Source of the DNA: Bigelowiella natans CCMP2755
Lineage: Eukaryota > Protista > Cercozoa
NCBI GenBank assembly: GCA_000320545.1
Contig: ADNK01000150.1
Coordinates: 62,001 to 126,000 of the forward strand
DNA: 64,000 bases
Direction of reading: 5' to 3'
Shown: positions 38,697 to 52,646 of the stretch, one piece after another
Layout: every line of letters starts with the position of its first letter
Position numbering within the stretch: the first letter of the stretch is position 1
Translations under genes and position numbers: made by a program
Notes under the pieces: model-generated
The model's input: only the letters and a program-made list of their open reading frames with translations
What the model was told of the DNA's origin: nothing
Databases searched by the model: none

Positions 38697-41600
38697 CATC
38701 TGTATAGAGCAGCGGTATAGCAGAAGGGCAGTAAAAAAGAAACAAACATTCGTGCACTGATTGTCGGTAATGCCCTAGCCTATCGTTATTGTCAGGAGAT
38801 TTGGGTTATTATTCTTGAGTACTTTCTTTCCTGCATCTCCGTCTCCCTGAGTAGCTTCTGCAACCTTCGAATGTGCATGGCGTGCTCCTTACTCAGAATA
38901 TTCCTTCCCCCCTCCTCTTCTTCCTCCTCTTCCTCGTCGTTGGATTTGCTAGTAGTTCCCGTCCCATTATCTTCTTCACCCCCTCCGTTCCCATCGCTTC
39001 CTGCCTTGCTCTTCTCGCCTCCCTCTCCCCCTTCCCCGCTCTTTTCGCTGCTGCTCTTGCCTCTACTATTTAAATGATGGCTGCTGCTGCTGCTGCTACT
39101 GCTGTGGGTGCTGGTGAGTAGGGCAGCTTGAAGCTTCTTCCTCTCCGAAGACAGGAGGCTGTTCAGTCGGTCCTGCTCTGTGCGAAAGGCGGCAACAAGC
39201 TTGGCGCTCTGCGCCTTCGCCTCCTCTCGGATGCGCTCAGCTTGCCGCTTCGCACTCGTTTCTGCGGTGGAGATCTGCAGCCTCAACTCCTCGATCTGCC
39301 CGAGCAAGCCGCTTCTCTCCAGTTCGTGCTTGGACTGTGAGCGCTGTGCTTCGAGCTGGTGGCGCCTGAGCTGGGCTTGCGCGTTCTGCAGCTCCTGCTC
39401 GGTCTCCAGGTTCGCCTCACTCTTCGCACGGACGTCCTCCAGCTGCGCGGTCAGTATGCGACAGCGTTGCTCGGCGGTCTCACGGCCTTCGCTGTCTTGA
39501 GTGGCCCTCTGTAGGTCCTTCTTCTGGTTTTCCAGCACAGCATGAGCTCTCTGCTTGTACTCTTTGTGCTTTCGCTCCATCTCGCTGAGTTTCTCCTCGG
39601 TAACTGATAGGCCCTCGCGGCACGTTGCGAGCTTCTTCTCATAGACGGCCTTGATCTTTCCCCACTTCTTCTCAAACTCAGCCTTGACTTTCTCTTCTGT
39701 GCTATGGAAGCTGCACCTCGGCAGCACCGACCCGTCGGGCAGGGTGAATTCTCCAGCATCGTCCTCGAGCTGCGTCATCAGCTCGTCGCTGGGGGCGTGC
39801 TCGGGGTCATGAGCGAACATGCGCTCAAGGTAAACGTCCTGCCTTGCCCAGAATAAAGACGAAGAAGAAGATGATGATGGAGACGACGATGGATGGAAGG
39901 GGGGGGGAGAAACCGTATCAGATACTCCTACCTCTTCTCCTCCCTTGGACTCTCCCGTCATCATCCCTCCACCACTACTACCACTGCCATTGCCATTGCT
40001 ACTACTATTACCATTAGGTTGGCTCAAAGAAGAGTCAGTATTTGAAGAAGACGCCCTCGGCGTAGCTGCAACTAGAATCCAAAACGTCCCATCTACTAGC
40101 ACCCGCTTGTAGGCTTGCAGCTCAATGGAGCAAGATAACGCTTCTTCGCGCTCGCCTTGCTGCTTCTTCTTCTTGGCGGCCTCATTTCTATTGTTAATGC
40201 TTGCGGAACTAGTGGTGGTGGTGGAGGAGGAGGAGGAGGAATCCTCTGCGACATTTCTCCTTAACGATGATGATGAGGAGGATGAACTTAGGAGGGGAGG
40301 AGCATACCATCCTGCCTCTAACCTATCCCGTAACTCCTGGGAACGACGCTGCGCGACATCTGCTGCACGTTTGCTCTCCCTCAGTTTTTCCTTGTTCTCC
40401 TCTAAATTCACGGTGGCACGTCGCAGCAGCGCCTTCAGTTTGGCCAGGCGGTCAGAGTTTGCAGAATTCGTCTTCTCCAACTCCGAAAGCCTCGCCTTCT
40501 GACCCTCGCACGCCTCTTTATACTCCTGTGCTTTCTCCGTGGACGCTGCATACTCCTTCTCCAGCTCCTTGAGCTTCTTCACTACATGCTCCTTCTCGTC
40601 CTCATAGCGGCCTGAAGAGGCGTCGAGCTTTTCCCAATTTTCGAGCACAGTCTGGCACATATCGGCGAGGTCGCTGTCCTTGTCCAGGTCGGGCATCATG
40701 GAGAGCAACCTATTCTTCGCCTTCTCCGTAGAGGCCTTCAGCGCATCGTACTGCTCGATCAGCGCGTCGTGCTCGCTCTTCATCTTCTGTGCGCGTTCTG
40801 AGAAGGATCTGAAGCGGGTGACCACCTCCTTATACTTGGTGAGGCTGTCAGTGAGCTTTGATACCTTCTGCGTCTGAGCTCGCTTCTCACGCTCGTATGC
40901 GCCGACCTTCTCGTTGAGCTCTTCGAGCTCCTGCGTCAGCTTCTGCACTGCCTCGCCGTGCGCTGTTTCCTTCTCCTGTGCGTTGGCCCTCAACTGCTTG
41001 ATCTCATCTGCAAGCTCTGTCTTGATCTTCTCTGCCCTCTCAGAGGCCTTGCGGTACCTTGCTGCGCCTTCCTGAAGCGCGAGAAAACGGGCTTTTAGCT
41101 GTTTCACCGACACCAGCGACGACGACTCTGATGATGATGATGATAAGGATGATGGTGCCTCCTCCTCCTCCTCCTGCTGCTGGGAGATTTCCTTCAGCTC
41201 CTGCAGCTGGGCTTCTAGAGACTCAATCTTAGCGATTAGCTTCTCTGCGCTCGCATCAGCCTCTTTGGTTTCAGCATCGTGGCGTTCCCTGACGGACGCC
41301 AACTTGCTGTCGAGGGTCTGGACCTTGGTCTCGAGCTCGAGCTTCGCATCCTGCAACGCCTGTTTCTCTCCTTCCAGCTCGTCCAAGCGTGCTTTGAGCT
41401 GCTTTGTGCTGCCTTTAGATCTACCCTCCTCACCCTCCTTCTCCTCCTCCTCCTCTTTTTCCTCTTTCTCCTTATTTCGGTCCTCTTCTCCATCCGAAGT
41501 GGTGGTAGTAGGAGGAGTAGTAGTAGTAGTGGCAGTAGAAGTGGCCGCCTTAGTCTTGTCATGTGCAGCTTCCGCAGCCTTGGTAGTAGCCTCCTCGAGC

Positions 41601-42321
41601 TGTGACTGCAGCAGCTTCACACGCTCATCTGCCTCGCTGCACCGTGATTGTAAGTCTTTCTTCTCTTCGCTCAGCTTCTTGATCGACTCGCCAAGGCGCT
41701 CTCGCTCCTTCTCCTCGTCCTCCTCCCTCTTTTTTTTCAGCGTTTCCCTTTCCGTGAGAGTATCGATTTGGGTTGTGAGGCTTGTGATCCGCTCCCCAGC
41801 TTCCTTGAGCTGCTTCTTTGCTTCCTCAGTTTCGCGCAAGGCGCTTTGTCTCTCCTTTTCCTTCGCTTCAGCCGCCGCGAGTCGTTTCTGCTTTTCCGCT
41901 GCTTGAGTATCACGCAGACTTTTGACCTGGTTCTGGAGGGCGGTGACCTTGAGCGAGGAATCCGATAGCTCGGCTGTCAGAGCTTCTATGCGTGACAACA
42001 GCGACTCCTTCGCCGTTGTAAAACGCTTGGTTTCTTCTTCCAAGTTTCGCTCAGAGTCCTGAAGCTGCTTCTGTAGCGATGTTATCTGCCTCTGTCCCTC
42101 TGCTACTGCCGCCGCCGTGTCTTCTCCGTTCTTGTTTCCGCCTTTTTCCTTCTCCTCCTCCTCAGCTGCTGCTACTGCTGCCATAAACACAACGAAGGAG
42201 AAGAATAACTCATTGCATGGTGAAAGATGTAAATTCTCATCCAAATCGCTCACTTCGTCTTTTTCATCGAGTTTGTCGATATATCATCGAATAACAATGG
42301 CTACTATGCTTTCTACTACCA

Positions 42322-42353
<32 letters not shown>

Positions 42354-44672
42354 TTTCTGCCACTTTTACTAATACATTGCTGACTGTGCGCCGCCTCTTG
42401 TTGCTTTAGTCGTTCCCTGAGCTGCTCCGCTTGGGCTTTCGCGTTGTCCAAAGAAGAAGAGAGGGATGATATCTCCTCCTTCGAGCTCTTCAGCTCATCC
42501 CTCACCGCCTTCGCCTCTGACTGTGCATCTGCTAAGGTGTCTTTGAGCTGCGATAGCTTTTCTTCCTGCTGCTGCTGGGCGGCAGTAGCATTGGCAGTCG
42601 CATTGGCGGATTCCGTCCCCTTGACCCTGATCTGTTCATTCAAATGAGCAATCTTGTCGTTCAGCGCTTTCTCAGAGGCAGCCTGCTTCTCAGACGACTC
42701 CGTGGCCAAAATCTGGATCCGCTCTTTCAATCGAGCAGTCTTCTCCTCCCAAGCTTTCTCCCCAGCTTCCCGCTTCTCAGCAGCCTCCTGGAGAGCAGCT
42801 GCCTTTTCCTTCTCCAGCTGTGCATGGGCCTCCCCCACCTTCTCGGCTCGTTCTCTGCTCGCTGCAGCTTCAGCCTCCGCCTCAGTCCTTGCCTTTTCAG
42901 AGGTCTTTAGTTTTTCCTCAGCCGTGTGAAGCTTGGCTTCTGCCTCGGCCCTTGCTTTTTCTACGGTCTCTAGCCTCTTCTTAGCCGTGTGAAGCTTGTC
43001 TTGTGCCTTGATTCTTGCTTTTTCCGAGGCCAATAGGTTAGTTGCAGCCGTCTGTAGCTTGGCCTCCGCCTCGACCCGTGCCTCCTTGAATGCCTTTAAG
43101 CTCTCCTCGGCATCCACTCGCGCCTTTTCAGAGGTCTTAAGGTCGTTCTCGGCGCTGACACGGCCTTCCTCAGCGGCCGCCGCGTTGCTCTGAAGCTGCT
43201 CCACCGTGGCTTTCGTCTCCTTCATCAGGGCCTTCATCTAGTATTCGTTGTTGCGGTTTTGGGCGGCAAATAAGTCGTTACAACACTCGCATAAAAGATG
43301 CAAGCGGCGCTTCGAATAATCCAAAGTTGTGTTTGAACGTTGGTCGGTGGGACTGGCGGGGTTATTTCCACCATCTCAGCCCCACAGACTGACGAGTTGA
43401 GAGGTTGGGTAGTACTCCGACAATAATGTCAAAACACATTCAAGAATTGCTCGCCATTTTTTTTACTATAATTTTGGACAGCAGGCAAATCATGCCAGAA
43501 TATACTACCTTTGCTTCAGCTGCCTCTCTTTCCTTCTGTTTCTTTAGAGTACGCAAGAGCAACTCCTACCATTTGTCACCAACGAGCAGACAGCGTTCGG
43601 ATAATTATGGTGAATCGAGTGGTCAGAATGATGTAAGAGCTAAATGCGAAACAACCAAAACCCTTCTCCCCCTCTTCCATATCTCTACTCGCAACATCTA
43701 TCTATTGGCTAGTGAGCGCACATCGTCATCATCGTCGTCACCATCATCACCATCATCATCATCATCATCGTAATAGCGGCTCAGGGGGTGTCACTATACT
43801 GCTCGTCCTTGGTTCGTTACCTTGTACTTAATCAGAGATTTGCTCAGAGTGGAGGCTGCGATCATCGAGAAAAGAGGAGCAATGCGTCAATTGCATAGTA
43901 CCAATGGGATGATAAAAACCAACATGTGATTGTACTTGGGTAACCTTCCTCCTTTTGTTTGCCATTCTCACTGACGAGACGCTCTATCTCTTCATTTTGC
44001 TTCGCCGTTTGCTGCTCAAGCTCCCGGATCCTCTCCTGTGCCTGCTGCCGCTGCTGCTGCTGCTGTGTGCACCATCCACACCACCCACACCGCCATATCC
44101 CACGAAGAAGCAGGCGAATAGATATGATGTTAGAGGAGTTCGTTATAGTTTCGGATTATGGGGGAATGTATAATTGTTGTTGGTAAACTTTAGTTTCGCC
44201 CTCTTCCTCTCCCCCTCCCCGTGTTGCGATACCCACAAACCAAGTGGCGTTTAGATCTCAAAGAGGAAGGGAGAAAATGATTTTTTTGGTGAAGGTGCTG
44301 CGCTACCTCCCCCGATGACGATTCCCCATTCGTTGTCGTCGGTGCTGAGCTCTGCGACATATCCTGCACATGGGGGACAACAACCGATAGGAATAACCAT
44401 AATAATAATAATTATAATGATAGAAGAAGAAGAAGAAGAAGAAGAAGAAGAAGAAGAAGAAGAAGGGGAAGAAGAAGAAGAAGAAGAAGGGGAAGTTGGA
44501 TGAGGAGATTGGAAAATAAGAAGTTGAGTAAGTAGCGGGAGTAGGAGTATCATTACAGTGATGGAGCTGCTGCTGCTGCTGCTGGTGGTTATAGGACGTA
44601 CCTCGATTCTTGACTCAAGGCGAGATATCATCTCCTCGCTCTAAGCAACAACCAAACCATCATCAACATCTC

Positions 44673-44712
<40 letters not shown>

Positions 44713-45784
44713 TTCTCTCTCTCCCCCCCACTCTCTCTATCACTAAAACCGTGGCCATCATGCACCTGCTTAAGCTTATCTTGGAGTTTGGCTTCATTCG
44801 CCTTGTGGTTGGACGTCATTTCTTGGGCCTAACAGTAACGACAGATCATAACGATAATGACGCCTTTGGAAAGTCTATTCGACAGGATGGAAAGGCACTC
44901 ATGCATGGTGTTTGGGTATGCGTCGTTGAGTGGATCCACTCTTCTTCTTCTTCTTCTTCTTCTTCTTCTTCTTCCTTGGGACAACAAACCTGCTGTAGTT
45001 GAGCTTTCAGGCCCTCGATTATCTCAGGAGAAGGTGCAAGTTTCTTCGCGGTGATACAGCAGCAGCAGCAGTAGTAGTGTAGAAGGAATAGTAGTAGAGT
45101 GAGAATAGCGAGTCATGCTAACACGCCACATACTGAAAAAAGTGGAGAATCAAACATCTCTCCTCCCACCTCTCAAGACCCCTAACCCACTTTTGAAGAA
45201 TAAAACCGATGAGCCGCATAGCATCTCTGCTGCATCGTCATTTCTTGATACCTCTGAGGGTGGTCCCGACTCGTTTTTACTTTGTTGACTGTATTATACG
45301 GGGATCGATAGTTTGTGCGACAAAGACTTGCATATGAAAGCCTCTACACTCATTGATTTGAACCCCCCCCCCCCCCCCGTATAGACACAAACGCACGTAT
45401 ATGCATACTCGATTCATATTTCTCTCTAAATAATTAAGTCGTATACATTAGGATATGAAATCAGATCGGCACTGTCAGGTTTGATGCCAGTTCCAACTGT
45501 TTGTGTTGTTTTTTTCTACTGTTAATTTGAGTCATTCCTAACCTTCCCGTTGGAGATTTGCTAGCTTTTTTCTAAGCGCATTTAAAAGAAGCATTTTCTA
45601 TCGGATACAATGACAAGGACTGTTTATCATCATTGACTGTATTAACCTGTTTCACTTTGGCCTTGAGTGATTTGTTGACTGCTAAGATCTTTTGACACTG
45701 CTTTGCCATCTCTATTAAAGATATCAATGCAGCGAAAAGAAGGGGCTCAGTGTGTACGTGTGCGTGGGTGCGTGCTTGCAGTGT

Positions 45785-45823
<39 letters not shown>

Positions 45824-46257
45824 CATCGTCGACACATATTCCAATGGGAAGTTGATCAAGCGAACAAATTCCTCATTATAAGACATCGACCTTGTAGATT
45901 CTTATCTTTTCGCTTCATCTTGAGTCTCTGCTTCAGAACGAGGTCTATAAGCTCAGAAGCCTGAAGCCCTGTCAACGTGGCCTTTAGGGCCTGCAGCTTT
46001 TCCTCCTGCAAGTTTTAATGGCATTCACTTCTGCTCAGCTCATCCGGAACAACGAAACTTGTATGTTTACACACAACCCCCACCCTTTGATATCCACCGC
46101 TGTGAATCCAATATGGAAAATAAAGGCGCGCCCAGAAGAAAAATTGGTTGAATTGTGTGGAAACTCGTTCCCAAAATAGACTATTCATCCCCTTGCTCTG
46201 CAACGGAGCAAAATAAATTACCTCCCCCTTCGGAGACTCTACGGAGGCCGCGCTCAT
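38128..46257 (-). CDS. Large GRIP-domain golgin (coiled-coil tether)
   Basis: Start MSAASVESPKGE at 46257. Long coiled-coil exons at 42370-43237 and 38792-42253. Terminal exons IEYKKNIFVKYMEN and ESLLPVVATVLKLSEQEIERIKK..FL-stop form the GRIP motif. Confidence 0.85.
44420..44490. repeat. (GAA)n microsatellite in a golgin intron
   Basis: Direct reading. Confidence 0.9.
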
Positions 46258-46982
46258 GATGGCGCTGGAGGAGGGGGCGGAACCAGCTCAGCGGCCAAGA
46301 GCTCGGTTCGTACAGCACAGCAGAAGCCGAAGGCGACGAAATCAGGTTTTAAACCATGCAGGACCGTGGTTCGAGTGGAGCCGCTGAACGATTCTGATCC
46401 TTTTAACATTGAGCGACAACCGATAATTATCTTTTTCACAAATTTCCCCCGGCATTCACACTATGTCAGGAATTAAGAGAGTGTCCAGCCTCATGCCCAG
46501 CCGCGATGAACATGAAATTCGAGTAATCGATGTGATTCCTCTCCTAATGTAACGGCAATAGCGATATATTCCCATGAAAACACCGTCAGATGACTTACTG
46601 CTGGTGACGCGAAGTAGGATCGAGATCACGTCATCTGTGTGCTCAAACAGCTCGGCAAAATGTTCTGGGTTAGTTGGCGGCTAAGAGCAGGGTAGTGGCC
46701 AGACCGATGAGTGCTCGGTTGTTTTAAGGGCATATTTTGGTCTAAAATGGAGGGAATGCCACTTTTTGCATGTTTTTGGGTTGGTTGCGTGCAGATAGAG
46801 AGCAGGGCTCCCGTAATCATCACATCGCAAACAAAGGAACCAACCCCACCCGCTACCCAGCAGCTCCTTCCTCCCACCTTACTTGCTGCCCACCATTTAG
46901 CAAAGTGAGAACTCGGGTCAGACTACTGCAGAGTCCGGGTTAGTGCGGGAAAACTCCTCCGAAAAGCCCACGCATCGCGTAT

Positions 46983-47834
46983 GTGCTGACGCGGATGCTC
47001 GAAGGGCTTGATAGCAGCTTCGAAGAGCTCGAACTCGGCGTGGAGGTGACTGCGAAGGAGGTGCCGGAACTTCGAAAAAAGCTTCGTCAGGCCGCGGAAG
47101 ACGTGAAAAAAATCGCTTATTTGACCAAGAAGAAACGCCATGCGGTACTGAAGGAGAAGTTAGATCAGGAGCGCGAGACTCTCGACACTGCGGACCGAGA
47201 AGGGGCCCAGTTGTTACTGGAGAAATACAACCGGCTGTGGAAGGAGGAGGAAAACATGATTGACAAACAGGCGGATCGAGAGCTCATGGTTCGTTCTGCC
47301 CCGTGTTATAAAGCTCTTGATGTAATCAATACGTCCCTTCTTCGGAAGGATCGCAAGTCATTGCAGAAACAGCTCCAGCAGCGCAACCGGAACCTCAAGG
47401 AAACAGAACGCCAAGCCAAGGCCATGGAAAGCGAGCTCAAAACGATAAATGCTAAGTTTGAGAAATTTAAATTCGAAGCTCAGGAGAAGTATAATAAGCT
47501 CAAGCGTCAAGCTTCCAAAAAAATAACTGAGCTCAACGAGGAGCTAATTCGAACGAAAGCGCAGCTTGAAGTTTACAAAAGCCAAGCCTCGGTTGTAGCT
47601 CCAAAACATGTTATATCTGCGAACACAATCGCATCCTTGGAGAGAAATCTATGTCCTTTCTTCGTTCAGGGGAAATGTAAATTTGGAGCCAAATGTCACC
47701 ATGTGCACGATACACGGTTCCACGCAAGAAAACAGGAAGACGATTTTGGAGAAAGCAAGATGGATGCTCAGATGGCCCAGATGGGCCTCCAGGAGACAAC
47801 AGACGATGATGATTATATTTGGCAATGGCGATAG
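46983..47834 (+). CDS. Coiled-coil protein with one CCCH zinc finger; a 5' exon near 46750-46905 is possible
   Basis: CPFFVQGKCKFGAKCHHVH (C-x7-C-x5-C-x3-H) follows about 200 aa of heptad-rich sequence. Confidence 0.7.
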   Translation: MLTRMLEGLDSSFEELELGVEVTAKEVPELRKKLRQAAEDVKKIAYLTKKKRHAVLKEKLDQERETLDTADREGAQLLLEKYNRLWKEEENMIDKQADRELMVRSAPCYKALDVINTSLLRKDRKSLQKQLQQRNRNLKETERQAKAMESELKTINAKFEKFKFEAQEKYNKLKRQASKKITELNEELIRTKAQLEVYKSQASVVAPKHVISANTIASLERNLCPFFVQGKCKFGAKCHHVHDTRFHARKQEDDFGESKMDAQMAQMGLQETTDDDDYIWQWR

Positions 47835-47849
47835 TGTTCGTATATGACT

Positions 47850-48700
47850 ACTAGCTAGAGCGGGAAAACACACAAAATTGCGGGATATATTTAATATAGT
47901 CTGCAAAATTGATTGAATGAGCTAAGGCGCATATAGTACTGTGGGTAGGTAGATTAAAAAAAAACAGCATCCATTTTTGGGAACTTTCAGTATGTTGTTC
48001 GTACATCGGAGCGCATAGATCTGAGGCAATTCTGAAAAGATAAAATGAAGCGGTCTGTATCGTAGATTAAGTTTTCCCCCAGCATGCTTAATGCATGTAT
48101 ACCCAAGATGCTGATTGTGTACCACGTGTACCTTAATTGTTGAATTCATGACCTACATGTAATGTAAATATGTTTATGCACATATCTAGATTGTAACAAG
48201 ATATGTGTAGGTACGGCGCATACATGGCATAGCTCTTCTTAGTCATTGCGTCGAACAATGTTTCAGTGCGCCCACTACATTTTGCGCCTGATGCGTCCAT
48301 GAGGCATGCACATGTATTTACATGTGCATGCATTGATGTTGAATCGATAGCATGTCTAGGCGTCCGTTTCATACTTGCATTTAGTAACAATGCGCACAAC
48401 GCTAGATCGAACGTGTCAATCTTACGACAACATTTGCGACACCATAGATGTGCTTTCCCATGCATGAAACGCATGTGAATGTGTTGCAGAAAACAACAAG
48501 ACAAACACAGTTCAAGCGCTGTAGCTCTTGACGTTGCATCATGACAGCTACATTGGGATGAGCGTTGTTGAATGAACAAAGATCTAATCATTTATTTCGT
48601 CATGTCCGTCTCGTGATGTCGATCGTCTACATGGCTTCATAGATGGCTATGCTCGCATGTGCACACAACGCCTAACGTGCAATCGCGAGGTGTGAGGTGC
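47850..48700. other. CATG/CTAG-rich island downstream of the CCCH gene
   Basis: catgcacatg, catgtgcatgcat, catgtctagg, ctagctag. Confidence 0.55.
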
Positions 48701-49266
48701 TTAGGCTTTTGTACGTTTGCAAACCCGCAAACAAACTCAACTTAAGCGCTGTAGCATTGCAAAGCTACATTAGGATGACGCTTGAAAAAAATGAACACAT
48801 TCATCGCTTCAGTGCATTCGTCTCACATGCATCCGCTGGGGACCCTCCATCTTTAAGATCAGGGTGTTCATTAAACACAGAAGAAGACGTGCATTTTCAT
48901 CTTTTTTGAGTGCATCACCATGCGAGTCATACATGACTGTTTGAAATGAATTGGAAATCCAGAAATGACGTCATCTTCGAGCTCACATGTTCATGTAGGT
49001 TCTGAAATCACGGATGGTACATGATTACATTCTTGTAGGCTTCGTAAAAATGCAGCGGTAGAAAAAAAATGAGCAACCTGTCAGAGGAGGAGGAGGAGGA
49101 TCATCATTTTCAATTCTGATCTGCACATGTCAGCAAACAAACACGCCCTCCCACCGCTTTCTTCTCACCCCCCATGCCCAAATGACCACATTCAGGGCTC
49201 CTTTGCCGCGTTCATCCTTCATTGTCGCACTGCAATCGTGCATGCACATGAAAAAATGACAAGCGC

Positions 49267-49298
49267 AAACATTGAACATTGAACATTGAACATTGAAA
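49267..49298. repeat. 7-bp tandem repeat (AACATTG) x4
   Basis: aacattgaacattgaacattgaacattg. Confidence 0.85.
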
Positions 49299-49567
49299 AC
49301 AGAACAAAGCATTGATCAAAACCACATGCGCCAGAACCACATGGGAGACAGGCATGTGCACGCAGCAGAGCCTCAACAAACATCATTGCAAGGACTTGTC
49401 ATCACCCTGTTGAAGGTGAGTGAAGGCTGACAGCCATCGTGTTGTCAGGAGCAATCAGAAAGTGTCCAACTTCTGACGACTCAGCGTCATGAAAAAACCA
49501 AGAAAAAACATTGGTGCTCCATTAGCGGCCATTGCTAGATTGCGGTGTGACCTGAGTGTTGTTTAAC

Positions 49568-49621
49568 TGCGACATGACGTATTGTTCCTGCGACATGACG
49601 TATTGTTCCTGCGACATGACG
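49568..49621. repeat. 21-bp tandem repeat, about 2.5 copies, upstream of the GT2 gene
   Basis: tgcgacatgacgtattgttcc x2 followed by tgcgacatgacg. Confidence 0.9.
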
Positions 49622-49741
49622 AATGGGTTGTCGCACGCCTGTGTTTATTCGCCGAGTTTGAAGCACATCTGTGCTGCCGCTGGCTACGTACAACGACCTG
49701 GAAAAATCCACAACGTCGTCCCCTGCCCAGTTCGGGGAGGT

Positions 49742-50434
49742 ATGAGGAACACGATGTGGCAAGCGTGGGTACCACTCACCTTCCTAACGATTTCGGCCGT
49801 CATCGATGTGAGCGTCAATACGGCTCACTTTTTGCGGCCATCCGAACTGAAGCCAGGGAGGAAATTTGATGTAGGCAGGGACACTGCAGATATAGTCGTG
49901 CTAAGCTGGATCCGGGCGATAGTGTGCTTTACGACCTTGCTTACCGTGCTCTTCATGCCGAAGAAACTGCCACTCTCCCAGTGGATCAGTTCTGGGACCT
50001 TGTTGGTCATCCTCGTGTACCTAGCAATCAAAGCGGCAAACTTCGATGACGTCGCTGATCAGGGAGGCCTGTTCGAGACGTCGTTCGTATTTGCCTTCGT
50101 TGAGCTCCTGTCAGTCCTGTGTCTGGTTAAACTGTATAGATTCCCTAGTGGAACGAAGGGCAGCTGGGGCATGTCAGCTTCAAGTCTTGGAAGAGTAAGC
50201 GGGGGACAACATGACGAGGAATTCATAGACGCAGAACCGGACACCGGGGGGTTTGGAAATCCTTACCTCAGGTACACGATCCTATACGCTGGACTAATTC
50301 TCGTGATTTCTACTATGCCAATCTGGATGGCAGCTATCATTCCGGGCACCATCCACGTCCTCAACATCGCCTTCCTGGCGTTCTTCAGCATCATGTGGAT
50401 ATGGATCGCATGCAACGCGGTCCACAACTTCCGC

Positions 50435-50481
<47 letters not shown>

Positions 50482-52198
50482 CATATATAATGTTCTCTAA
50501 ATATGAATAACATGATAAAATGATATCATTTATACTATATATTATTCGAATCGACATTAACTGCTTGCCTTGATGGACAGATCGGGTATCGACCCGTGAC
50601 AAAGCTTGGCGCGCTCAGGACTATCAGGAAAAGGGTTTTTCGGCACGCCGTAATCATTCCTATTTACACTGAGGAGCTCAGCCTCTTGTACGAATGCATT
50701 GGATCCCTGGTTGGTCCGATGAATAAGATTTATAATAATGGTGGCGATGGTGATGATGAATAATAACGAAGAATGATAATGGTTTCAACACGATCACCAT
50801 GGTGATGCAAAATTCTCTTATAAAGTGCGGTGTCCCATCCCTTTTTCCAATGTGGTATTCCTTAATCACCTTCCAATAATTTTCCGTAACTCTAGCCCCT
50901 TTGATCACTTGATACACCAGGTGCTGCAAGGGGAGGAGATGAGGCAGCGGATGGTTGTCGTAGTGAGCTTCGAGAGCAAGACACCTCAGGTAGCAGAGAA
51001 GATGCGGAAAGTCACCAAGCGTTACGGAAAGTTGTTCGGCAAACTCCTCGTAGTCAAGCACACGCTCATTGCTAGCAGAGAGATTCCGGGTGCATGCTCC
51101 AATAAAAATTATGGGCTTCGCGCTGCCCATGCCTATCTGCAACGAAAATTTGGCAAGAATCGTGAGAAAAGCTTCATGATTCACAATTTCGACGACACGG
51201 GGGACCGAGGTAGTTCTACTGCTCTGCAAGAATTTAACCCCGGCCAAGGATGGAAGGAAGAAGCGCACGGCGAGGAAAAAAAGGGAAACGCTGCTGCTTC
51301 TATTTCCTCGATGGCGTTCACTTGCACCACTACAGACACCGACAGCATGTTTCATCCAGAATACTTTCTCACGCTTGAGGCCGTATACAACGCTAAGAAT
51401 CCTCGTCTTGACGCAGATCCAAAGATGGTGGCGTGGCAGCCTCCGCTTTTCTATAACTGGGATCTGGACAAACGGCCGTTTTTCGTTCGTGTGACTGGAA
51501 TCATTCGCGCAATGATGATGCTGGGAGGCCTCATATCGTTTGATTTGAACCCAATGTCCACCTTTTCTTACCCTTTGGAGCTGGGGGCGCGAACAGGGTG
51601 ATATTCGGGAAACAGGGGATGTGGATGGTGGTGGATGTTGCTTTTGTGGCTGTTCCTTGTCATTGTACTTTATATTATTAGCGAAAGCAAGATACGTCAT
51701 ATTGCTCAGTGTGTTTTTTATCATTATTTCTACTCGATATGTTGTATGTTCAGTGTGGTTTTTACTATGATTCCTGCCATTATCCTGAATTAACAGCATC
51801 ATCCCTTGCCCGCAGAACTTTCATCACTAAGATGCCGCTGCCATGATAACACACAAACACGATCAGATATCTTAACCCCCGGTATGGAGTGGATGATATC
51901 ATCGCAAAGGTGATGCTCACAATAACGTGGATTCCTCTATTTTCTCTTCCTTCGACCTGATCCCTCACATATTGGATTTTTCAAGCCATAGCAGCGACAT
52001 ACTTCGTTGTTAGTCTTGCCGTGATTCATATGAGGATGCTTTGCATGCATGTAGGTGAGGTGGATGTGCGGCACAGGCGAATCGGTGAGGATGAGCAGCA
52101 AATATAGATAAGAACTTTTCATTGAATCCATCGCTGTATCATACCGTTGATAGCATTCACAAAACAGTAGTCCTCTTCAAATTATCACCATCACTTGA

Positions 52199-52235
<37 letters not shown>

Positions 52236-52605
52236 GTGATAGTAGCATTAATCATCTATCAAATAGGTTCCTGTCGAACTGCTACCAATCCCAAACATAT
52301 CCGGTCCGACAAGCGGCAGTAACCTCTCAGAGGAATTGCATGAGTGGTCGCGTCAAGTCCGCAGGTGCCGGCTCCTCTACTTTTCCATCCTCAACATTGG
52401 GAAGCGCACCTGAACATTTACCTTCTTTTCTTATCTGTTTCGATTGATTATGACAAGGTGGATCGTGGGTGCATCGGAGTCGTTTCACTACTTCCTCATT
52501 CACTTCAAGGGGGACCCATTGTTCGCGGGCCTCCGCTGGCTTTTCCTCTTTTTCACCTACTACGGGGTATTACCATCTCCTGTGCCCCCTTGACATATTC
52601 GACGT

Positions 52606-52646
<41 letters not shown>

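Noticed and set aside
3033-45964. Many 60-220 aa ORFs made of poly-L, poly-S, HT, CV, YI or ER runs
   Set aside because: They are translations of intronic microsatellites or antisense shadows of real exons, with no family motifs
46360-46385. GGTTCGA T-loop-like motif suggesting a tRNA
   Set aside because: No cloverleaf stems or A-box could be built around it
50678-51802. 374-aa minus-strand ORF
   Set aside because: It is antisense to GT2 exons that carry clear catalytic motifs and has no recognisable features of its own
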